DNA of 64,000 nucleotides from Phoronis australis. Lineage: Eukaryota; Animalia; Phoronida. The stretch spans positions 210,888 to 274,887 of the forward strand of contig NMRA01000031.1 of the NCBI GenBank assembly GCA_002633005.1, written 5' to 3'. A program made the position numbers and the translations under genes. Within the stretch, counting starts at the first letter, position 1; the number at the start of each line of letters is the position of its first letter. The notes below the pieces were generated by a model. It was not told the origin of the DNA. It ran no database searches and worked only from the letters and a program-made list of their open reading frames with translations. This document shows positions 37,646 to 49,600 of this stretch, one piece after another.

Positions 37646-40600
37646 CTAGCAGGAGTCTCTTTTCTTATAATAGTCTAGATTTTCATCATCACTTTCATCC
37701 TCTTCAGGGGCGATATCTTTCTGATCAAGCTGAAATCACAACACCACCATGAACTTCCAGCTGAAACTGGTTTTGCGCACAAGGGCTTCCTCTTCTTTCA
37801 ACAATTTAACAATTCAAAGCCAAAAGTACTTACTTACATGACGGCTGGATGGAAGCCGAATTCATCGTAGTCTTCTCTCAAGACAAAGAACGAAGGTTAA
37901 TAGGGGGGAGGGTTATCATATTGGCGCTCTCTAGAGTAGTGAAAGCACGAAAGTGATTGATCCTGACTCAGAAGTGGTGAACAGAACTCAATTACTATAT
38001 AGAGTGGTCCATAAATATAAAAGCAGAAGAATAAATTCGACTGTTAGCCCCTCCCATTCTTTGATGAGTTAAAGTTCACTAGTTTATTTTTAGCTTTTTA
38101 ACACCGGCTGGGATCGAAATTCTCCCGCTTTATCAGCGGCAGCTACTGGCTTTGTCACAGATACATCGTTGCAGTGGGAAATGTGTGGAACCAAACGTCC
38201 TTCCACATCAATTGATATTTCAAAAGTTTGCTTTGTTTCTTAAGGCATTGGTGTATCCAACAGCACAGCACTGGAAATTTGCAGGCATTATAAGGTCACA
38301 GTGTTAAAACGCTGTTTATACCCGGTATCATTATTAATTTTTACTGATAACAAATTGAGCTTTAATTTATGACAGGGAAACACCATTTTGACTTTACTTT
38401 AAAGTACTGTAGTATGAAATTGTTCCTCACTCAAATGACAGGTGAATCCATTTGGTTATTGCTAGAGACCAGGGAACCGTTCCAAGAAACTGACTTCAGT
38501 TCATTTTTGACATAAGTTTAAGATGAAACGTCCACATGTGGTAAGTTAGTCAAAATTAAGACAAGCTCAAGATTGCATTTTAGAAATGTACTTGAGGCAA
38601 ATTTAAGTTTTATCTTAAAATTAACTGAAATTTAAGATTTGTCTTAGCTAAGTCAATTGTCACAGCTTTGTTGGTGGTTTTAGCCCGTATAAGACATATT
38701 CCGTTTTGCTTTTGTCACACATGTGAGACACAATATTTGTCAGTGCCAACCATGAATTACATAATTTTACAATTTGTTAAAAATGAGCCTCCACTTGATG
38801 CAGCATAATATAACTGTATTTACCCAACAAAATACGATTTGGCTCACACTTTGTAACAAAATTTTCAAAATGTCAGAGAATTTCAGGCAAGCAAGTTTTG
38901 TCACAGAATGTCACCATGTCACAGGGAATCCATTCTCAGCTTTAACCAAATGCAGGTTTACATCAGTTTTAATGAGCGACTGAGATTCACCGCTTCTTTT
39001 TTCATGTTTCAAGACAACAAGAGTTTCTGATTGGTTGTCCATTTTAAGTGCAACTAAGGAGCGACCACCAACACCTTTTACTCAAATATACATGCGCTGT
39101 AAACCTTGGGGGTGAATTTTCGGAACACTTTTCCTACACTGGTCATACGTTCAAATAGTTCTATACATGGAAATCTCGGTTAAGTTAAATTTGTAGGCAT
39201 AATTACTTAAAATATTATCATCGTCATCTTGAAATATCAAAGTAATGAGCAACGGTCAACCCAAAAAAGTTATTACTTTCTAAACCACAGAGTCGAAGCG
39301 AAGCTCTTTATGTCATTCTTGTGGTCACGTGACCAAGGATTTTTGGTAAAAATGTTGCTTTTGAAAAGTACACCGACAGGTAAAAAGTGCTTTCACCAGC
39401 ATTTATCAAACTTTCTGCCATAGAACATGATAAGAATGCTCAAAAACCATTTTGGACTCAATAACTTGTAATTTCAATAAACTTAGATAATTTTTTAATC
39501 TTAAAATACCCTGAGTTGAGCAATGTTTTAAGAATAATGTGGCTCTTGATCTTAAATCAAACATAACAAATACTAGAAGTTCTAAATAAAAATATGAGAC
39601 ACTGTTTTGATGCGGTGACCTTGAAATGATGCAAATGTCACCAACATCGACTAGTGCCTAGAGTTTCTCCACAGACACCTCAATACAATTATCTAAAACT
39701 CTATTTTTTAAATATTGCAGCAATATGAATGTGTGATGTACAGACACACATGATGGACAGCCAGATGGTCATCAGTACTGTATCACTCAGGTCATGCAAA
39801 AGCAAAGCATGGAACAAAAAGGTTAATAATATCTTTTAAGCTTATCTTGAATGGTAAACATGGTTCCTACAGTACGTTAAGAGCATTGCTCTGAGCCCAC
39901 CAGTGCCAAAAATTGCCAAATGTACAGGCCTGTTAGGCTTATCAGCTAGCTTTGCCTACGTCACTGTGAGAATCACATTTCAAGTCAAAACAGCTGCGAA
40001 TACCACATGCACGCATTGTTGTTCTATTCAGACCCCCCATTCAATTCAATTCTTACCGTTTTTTGTTGTTTGTGCTGGGATCTCGCCGTCATGAAAAGGT
40101 AACTTCACCTATCAATTGACGGGACTGCATTTGAGTGATTAAACTCGCGTGTTCATATTTTGCTATGGCTTTGCAAGGATTATCTGGTGAGTCCAATATA
40201 TCTAAATAATAACAAAATGCCAAATGGCAAACTGTGAAATTAAATCTACTAACCTCCTCTAATTCGACCTCAGTGAAGATCATTGGTAGAACATATTTTC
40301 TCAAGGGAACCAGCAGTATGAGTACAAATGGGAAGGCGAGGGAGGCAGCCGTAGACTTAACCACCCATAACACAGCCAGGCACACAATCTGGATGGCAGT
40401 GAACATATGCATACGGTACGTTCTCACCTACAACAAATCGCAAACACGTGGACATACAGTATGTGGTCGGGTATATGTAAGACAAACCACATCATAATAG
40501 TAAGAGCATATGACATATGAGTATGAACAACGAAGTTCATTATTGATTATGTGAGCATACAGCACCTCTCCATTTACAACATACCACATATGTGAGCATG

Positions 40601-43600
40601 CGGTACATTGTCATATGCAACAAACCATGTGTGAGGTGACATAATCACATATGTGAGCATGCAGTACATTGTCATATGCAACAAACCACGAGCGAAGTGA
40701 CATTACCACGACATAAGACAAACCACATACATCATGGTATATTGCAATATACAATAAACAACACATACGATGAAGATTATTCAAAATTCAAACAAAAGTA
40801 CGGGGTTTTCCCTAACAGTTTGTACATTAATGTACAAACTATTTTTCCCTTGAGCGCTTCCTGTCCCAATTAATAGAGACAAAACTGTGCGTACGAACTA
40901 TTAGAGATGAAAGTCATATATTCAAATTATTAGAGATGAGGATCAATGATAACAATGAGATCAACAACGGCCTCCGAGACGGTGCTTTGGCAATGTGAAT
41001 TAACTAAAAACAGTAACAAATTATTTTCCCAGGTGGATTTACTTCAAAATATACTTGAACACTTTGTCACTTATCTTCTTCCCAAGTTCGCAAACTTCAA
41101 GAACCCCGCCGGCTTCAGTACCTTCGCTTTCAGCTCTGCTGTCTGGCGCACTGAGTTTCCGACTGCAGTGCATTAGATAAAACACATATTCGAAAAAATT
41201 AAGATACAGAAATGTGACAGAGGTTTTGCCAACACTCCCAATTCGATTTAGAAGGGAAGCTCTCGGATTTTGAAGAATTCCCAGACCTCACAGAAAGGTG
41301 TCAAATTCTCACTAATTTGATGAAATTCAACCCACTTTCTAGTTTTCTCGAAACGTAAATGAAGGGTTATCGACGATATATGGCGACCGAAGGGACAGCG
41401 TGTTGCCTCTCGATTTTGGAATTCAATGGTTGGCGATATGATACTGGATGTTGTGTATCATCTTGAAGTAATAAAAAATGCAAGTAAAAAATGGCAATCT
41501 GAAAAACGACTTTTCCAGCTCTATACTAGCGGAGTATAGCAAACCATGGATTCCGATTACCTGAACAGAATTGGCGCTTATTGATCTGTGTTCCTGATAG
41601 GAATACGAATTGCTATTTTACCTATCCAAAAAGGATGAAAGAGTTATTTTCTCCAATGCTAATATGTATACGAACTATTTTTCCATCGGACACCTACTGT
41701 ACAAACTATTAGAGAGAAATACAATGTTTCAAGGACAGTGTGTGGATCATTAGAGAAAACACCGGAATTCGAAAAATAGCATTTTCAAAAGTTCATTGCA
41801 TTGCAAATTTAAATGACTTCAGTACATGTTAGTTGGTGCAAGCCATAAGATAAAACTGTAACAAAAATTTAAATGTCGCCTTCCACTACATCATATTCTT
41901 AATTAAAGAAACCTAACTGTATAGCTGCATATAGGAAAGCACTATGTGCAGCATGACATATGTAGAACTACGCACATGGTACATAGTCACATACAATGAA
42001 CCACATAGTTACTCTGTCATACACAACAAACCACATTCACGGAGAGTATATGGCACATTGTTGCATACAGCAAGTCAAACAAATTGTATACAGTACACTG
42101 TCACATACAACAAACCACATTCACTGACAGTATATGGTACATTGGTGCATACAGCAAGTCACACAAACTGTATACAGTACACTGTCACATACAACAAACC
42201 ACATACATTGACAGTATATGGCATATTGTTGCATACAGCAAGTCACACAAACTGTATACAGTACATTGTCACATACAACAAACCACATACACTGACAGTA
42301 TATGGTACATTGTTGTATACAGCAAGTCACATAAACTGTATACAGTACAGTAATATTCAACAAACCACGACTGTATACACTACATTGTTGTATACAGTAA
42401 ACCACATACATTAAAGTCCATACATCCTCACGAGTAGTTTCAGGAACACATGTTACATAAACGTTTTAGACCAATAAGTATCACAGTATAATAATTAAAC
42501 ACCCATCATTTTTCTAAGTAAGAAATTTAGAATACATACACTTTATAGACTCCTGATCCTAAGATCGCAATGCAAAAAACAACACAATATTGCTATAATA
42601 ACATTTAAGCAAGTCTGAAAAATCAGCAATAGCCACTTTCGGGGGGTACCACATTTTGAGAATCAGTTGACGTATACATTGGATAACAGGGGCAAACTGG
42701 TACTCAAAGTCCAATATCCCTGTGAGTGACTATTGCAGAACAATCCTCTCATTCACAAGGTGTGCAAACCTACCCTATCAACAAAGCCGGCATTAGGGTG
42801 GTGTTTGACTGGCTTAAAAAACAGCAACAACCTGTCAAACATCTGAACACCCTTCAATGAGGCGACACCCATGTAGAGGAATATTCCAAACAGACAGGCT
42901 AGTGGGATCTCTTTTAGCAACGGCCCGAAGAACACGGATAAACCTGTAAGGCATTAAAATGACAACATAAGGCAAGCTCAGCACATGCACCATGGATATT
43001 ATGACTTTGCTAAAAACTACACGCTTACACCAGTCAAGTTAGTTCACTGACTTCAGCAAAATTTGTCTAGTATTACCAAGTTCAAGGCAAACAGGAGGAA
43101 ACCCATAAAAAATAAATAACAGTGAATTAATATGTGAAAATAAGTCTGATTTAAGACTGTCACTAAGCAACTAGAGATACCTGCTCATAACACTGAAACA
43201 TGAAAAAAAACAGTGTAGAGACTGGCAAGACTGGCTACAAAGACACAACCTAGCATGTAGAACTTGGGTTTCACTTATGAAACCTGCAGGAGAGAAAAAA
43301 CCTGGTATACTTAAGATTCCAAAATTGATTGCTTTACACAGAGTAAAGTTCACAACTATTTTGTCACACAGGCGACAGATAACTCTGGGAGACGGCTCCA
43401 GATGACTGACGCACAATCTGCATCGCAGGGTGTCTGCTCGCCCCTTGTCATCTTTCAGGGGTCGGGGTCTCACCACGTAGTCACTGGTTTCGAAAATATT
43501 CACGAGCTGTATATTGAACAACATTACTGCTATACTCACCGACCATAAGGCTGACAAAAAAGTTCGTCAGTCGTTGTTCGTGTACTTTCAACAACACCGG

Positions 43601-46600
43601 ACTATCGCCCGGGGCGTGGTTACTACTGTACACAGTTAGTGCCGATGTATGAAGAATGCTGCGCACGGGTGCTGCACACACTATAGGCAGACCTAGCACC
43701 CCACAGAGTACAGTTAACCAGCCACACAGCATGATGTCAGCGTGAAACCCAGAGCCCTTCTTCAGCTTACGCTCTTTCTTATTGATTATCGTCCTGAAAA
43801 GGAAAACGTGAGCTTCAATAATAGCTCTTTGAAGCGTGATACGATAATTTCTCAGTATATCAACGTGGATATGTGATACAAGGTGAACGCCTGTAGGAAA
43901 TTGTTAACAATAAACTAGCTTTAGAAAGTCATTCTTGCCTGGTACCCAGTGACTAAATAAGCGATATTTGTGATGGCATGTCTTATAAAAACGGACAAAA
44001 CGTCATAGGTGTCAAACTGGTACAAAGGTTCAAAAATTCTGCAACTCAAAAAAGGGTAACCTGATCAGCACTAAATAATGCTTTCCATGAAGCAGTACGA
44101 AAAAAGGAGAAAGGGAGACAATTCAAGTGAGTGAGGGAGTTTGGTGCAGAGGAAGGGAAAGACGGAGGGTGAAAGGGGAGGGTGAAACCACATGCAATAG
44201 CAAACCTTTGCTGACCACCTCGCTATCATGTTACGCAGGCAATACGTTTTAAACTATTAAAAAATTATCGTAATATTTCAGATTGCAGTGATGCTAGTTC
44301 AGTACAGTAACTTAAATCATTTCATGCCCCAAAAGTGACATGACTGGTCAAATATTTGCCAGAGCACCGTCACACATCCTAAGTCGTTTCAACAGCTCTT
44401 ACTCAGTAATCTCCGTCTCCATGAAGATGAGAATGAAGATCAACATGGCGGGTATGGCTGCTGCGAAGATCTGCCATACAGGAAGTGGTTTGGTAATCCC
44501 CAAGGGGTTGATAAACCAGCCCCTCTGCGACGGGTCAGTAGGAGTCACTTTCCCTTCAGGCACGGTCAGCTTCTACAATACACACACAACTACTGTAACA
44601 TTCAAGAACACTTAAAAGATTAATACCAAAGCCTTCATGATTTCCCCTGACATTGGTTGTCACATGGTAAATACCTCAATTTTACCAGCTAAAACATTCC
44701 AGTCTCTACTGCATCACAGTCACATATTGGTCCTGGCTTTTTGGGGTGAGCTGCCTTAGTAACACAGCGCTGCATAATGTAAATACCAGAGAATGCAAAA
44801 TAGCACAAGGCTTCATGATGTAACACGGGAAGCACGTAATCACACTGGCCTTACAAAATTCTTGCGCCAACAGAACACAGCTCATATCACCCAAGTTTTT
44901 AGTCAAAAACCAAATTCTACAGGGCTGGTGTTCTACTTTCAGAAAATATACTTTAACAGGTTTTTAAAAATTTCTTGATATCATCCAACATAACTTTAAT
45001 TTCTATTCCACCTTACGTCTGTGTAGATATCTTGGACTAAGTAGTTAAGCAGGAACATTAAAGTCATGGCTTACCTCGGTGAAGGTATCTTGGACTCAGT
45101 AGTCAAGAAGGCACATTAAAGTCATGGCTTACCTTGGTGTAGGTATCTTGAACTAAATAGTCAAGAAGGCACATTAAAGTCATGGCTTACCTCCGTGTAC
45201 GTATCTTGGACTAAGTAGTCAAGCAGACACATTAAAGTCATGGCTTACCTCGGTGTAGGTATCTTGGACTAAATAGTCAAGAAGGCACATTAAAGTCATG
45301 GCTTACCTTGGTGTAGGTATCTTGAACTAAATAGTCAAGAAGGCACATTAAAGTCATGGCTTACCTCTGTGTAGGTATCTTGGACTAAGTAGTCAAGCAG
45401 GCACATTAAAGTCATAGCAATTGGAATGGCGAAGTCACCTATGGTCCTTCTCACCTGCAATTACCACACACTGTTATTATTATGATAATTCACAGCACAA
45501 AAGGGGGAGCCATGTAACTAGATTCATCCCAAAACACATTCTTCTTCAAGGGGAACTAAGACAATGGAGGTCTCACAACAGCAACACTGCAAGAAAAGAC
45601 ATCAGTTGACAACAGAAAAGAAAAAGTAGACTTTAGCCGCAAGCACTCGACATATGACTTCATTATTCAACAATTAGTTGCTTCTGTACAAAAAACTCAC
45701 TACAAGACAATCGCACAAAACATCGAGTTCTTTTGAAAACGCTTGCACTGCACTCATTCATACTACACGCAACGACAGCAATGCAATCATATCTGTATTA
45801 CACACGGGTGAATCTGGAAGTGTCGCATCACTATGACAAAAAAGCATAGAATCTAGATTACAATCTACTACGGGTACCAGAGGTGGTAGAAACATCATCA
45901 AAGACAAGAACTTCAAGATCCACTCGAGCATTGTTACAGTGAAGAATGCAAAACAATGCAAGTCTTCTCAAAGAACACCTGATGATATTTCATAGCGTAA
46001 AGCCACTGGCAGAGACAGAACCAAATTTTGAGCACGTTATTGGTCAAAAAACAATTATCAGCATTAACAAGAGTGACGTGGAGCGTTGAAATGCACCCAC
46101 CATAAACGATGTGCTTCAAGGGGTGTTTACTTGTATCACAAAATGGCCATTAGATGCAACAGAATACACTGAACCCAACCAAAAATTGGAAGGTGTCGTT
46201 GTCTTTCAAAACCATTTGCCAAATTTCATCAAAATCCGCTCAAGAACTCCAAAGATACAAAAGGCAAACGTAAAAAAAAACAAACAGCCATTAGGAAGCG
46301 GTAGTCGAATTTGTCCATATGCTGTCAGGTTAATAGGAAAAATTAATACAATTGGAATCGAAGATGAGAGGGTAGCGTCATCTCACTAATAGATACCTAT
46401 TTGCCAATCTAATAAAAATACGTTGACCTCTGAAGATACAGAGGTAAACATTAACAAGAGCAACGCAGAGCCTTGAAATGCGCCCACAAATGCATTGCAA
46501 ATGGTGAGCTTCGAGAGATGTTTATCTGTATCATAAAAATGGCCAGTAGATGGCACAAAATATAACAAATCCATATGAAAAAGGGAACATGCCAGCATTT

Positions 46601-49600
46601 TTTAATAGAAAGCTATTTATTAAGTTTAATAAAAATCTGTAAAAGAACTTCAGAGAAACAGAGGAAAACGGCAAAAAATGAAATTGCCACTAGGGGACAC
46701 GGCGTTCGTCATCGTCCGTTGTCAACTTCATATAAATGCACTAGCTAAATTTAATAAACATCCTGCAGAGTGTTTAGGAGATGCAGCCATGGACGCAAAA
46801 TAAAAATTGCCACTAGGAGGCGCCACAGTAGTCAAGGTCGTCTGAAAATCATCGTCAGCCCTCTTCACATTAGGAACATACATGTCACTTTCCACAATCA
46901 TCCTAAGAGTGGTTTGGTTGACAGAGGGTACAGATGCCAAAAACAGACTCGAAAACAATAAAAATGGCCACTAAGTGGTGCAAAATACCTCCAATTCAAT
47001 TGGAAAATAGTGTCATCTCCCTAATAGATGCCTATCAGCCAAATTTTATGAAAATCCATTGACGATCCTTGAAGATACAGAGGAAAACATAAAAAAATAA
47101 AATTGCCACTGTGGGCACATGGGTACTCCAATCCGTCCGAAAGTCGTTGTACTCTGTTTTCAACTTCATATAAATACACCAGCAAAATTCAGTAAAGCTC
47201 CTGTAGAGCGTTTAGTAGATACAACTATGGGCACAAAAACAAACAAAACTGCTACTAGTAGGCACCACAGAAGTCGAAGTCGTCGGAAAATCATCGTCAG
47301 CTGCCCTCATCAGAGTAAGAACATATTTTTTTTATATGCCAATTTGCAAAATTATCCTTAGAGCGGTTTGATTAATAGAAGAGTGGATGCCAAAAAACTG
47401 ACTCGAAAACAGTAAAAATGGCCACCAAGTGGCGCAAAACACCTCGAATCCAACGGGAGGACAGCATCATCTCACTAATATATTGCTAACTGCCAAATTT
47501 TATGAAAATCCGTTGAGGACTTCCAAAGATACAGAGATAAGCGTAAAAAACTAAAATTGCCACTAGAGAGCACACCTGTAGTCAGAGAGGTCCAAAATTC
47601 GTCATAATTCATCGTCAACTTTATAGGAACACATCTGCCAAATCACATCAAGATCCTGTGAGGGGTTTAAGAGATACAACTGTGGACGTCAGACACCGGA
47701 TGCCCAGACAGAGATGACGGCAATATGCGACCACATACAAATATTATGTGGGCGCATAAAAACTAAAAATTGTCACTAACAGGTACTCAGATCCATCCGA
47801 AATTTTGTTCATGTTATTCCATCCATGAAAGGAACATAGGAGCAAAATTTCATGAACATACATTTAAGGGTTTTGGAGATAGAGCAGTGAATGCCAGACG
47901 AACAAACGGACAGGAATGATGGCATAAAAATGAAATGAGGCTAAAATCTGCCAAAAATGGCAAATAGCGCAAGCTGCAAAGATTTACTGCGGAGAACAAT
48001 TACGTTTCATACAAATTAGTCGTAGTATGGCATTTTTTTTAAAAAGCAGAATTGGACATTAATTTTCATATCAGTCATAAGAGTACACGCCCAAAAAGTC
48101 CCCTAAAATTTCCCGGTTTTCTGACGAAATATTATTTTGGTAATTTTTTAAAAAACTTACTGTACAATGAGCTAACTAATCAAAGCAGCAGAATTAGAGA
48201 GCGGCTGAAGCATACCGTTTTACCAAAGAAGTCACTGTAGCGAAATCCCTTGAGGTAGTTGGCTATGAGAAATGTTCCCACGGTAAGAATGGTAGAGAGA
48301 AGCGCAGTGTTGGGTTGGCTAGGGTCAGGTTCACAGGTGGGATCGGCGTCGAGCACGCTGCTGGAATTGGTGCTGGTATTGGTCGAGTTACCTTCTTCAA
48401 TGCCACAGCCAGACTCCGTGTAGCTGGACATGAGTGGGTGCACCACGTAGATCTAGGCAACAACAATGGATAACAAAATATGTAAAAAAGATAAAGACTA
48501 GAACATAATATAATCACCCTCAGCAATTTTCAAAGAAAAACACAACGGTTTCCTTAGAATCAGATCCTTTGCACTTCACTGTAAAAAAAACTCTNGCAGC
48601 GGACGCCGGACGCCGGACGGACGGACGGACGGACGGACTGACGGACGGACAGAGATGACGGCATAATGCGTCCACATATAAATATGTGGGCGCATAAAAA
48701 TTGTCACTAACAGGTACTCAGATCCATCCGAAATTTTGTTCATGTTATTCCAACCATGAAAGGAACATAGGTGCAAAATTTCATGAACATACATTTAAGG
48801 GTTTTGGAGATAGAGCAGTGAATGCCAGACGAACAAACGGACAGGAATGACGGCATAAAAATGAAATGAGGCTAAAATCTGCCAAAAATGGCAAATAGCG
48901 CAAGCTGCAAAGATTTACTGCGGAGAACAATTATGTTTCATACAAATTAGTCGTAGTATGGCATTTTTTTAAAAAGCAGAATTGGATATTAATTTTCATA
49001 TCAGTCGTAAGAGTACACGCCCAAAAAGTCCCCTAAAATTTCCTGGTTTTCTGATGAAATATTATTTTGGTAATAACTGTACAATGGGCTAACTAATCAA
49101 AGCAGCAGAATTAGAGAGCGGCTGAAGCATACCGTTTTACCAAAGAAGTCACTGTAGCGGAATCCCTTGAGGTAGTTGGCTATGAGAAATGTTCCCACGG
49201 TAAGAATGGTAGAGAGAAGCGCAGTGTTGGGTTGGCTAGGGTCAGGTTCACAGGTGGGATCGGCGTCGAGCACGCTGCTGGAATTGGTGCTGGTATTGGT
49301 CGAGTTACCTTCTTCAATGCCACAGCCAGACTCCGTGTAGCTGGACATGAGTGGGTGCACCACGTAGATCTAAGCAACAACAATGGATAACAAAATATGT
49401 AAAAAAAATAAAGACTAGAACATAATATACTCACCCTCAGCAATTTTCAAAGAAAAACACGACGGTTTCCTTAGAATCAGATCCTTTGCACTTCACTGTA
49501 TTGTAAAAAAAAAATCTTTACTTGTAACAGGACTTGGAATGACAAATGACAAAAAAGAGGAAAATTTTCCAGGTGATGTATGTACCGCACCAAAAATAAA

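Noticed and set aside
39323-39334. Perfect CLEAR-like palindrome GGTCACGTGACC
   Set aside because: Isolated, deep in a last intron within repeat-like sequence, far from any inferred TSS.
41944-42414. Repetitive 156/89/96-aa ORFs
   Set aside because: Artefacts of the 84-bp minisatellite, open in several frames on both strands.
45012-45415. CRISPR-like appearance of the regular 58-bp array
   Set aside because: No unique spacers; the whole unit is repeated, derives from a host exon, and the context is eukaryotic with no cas genes.
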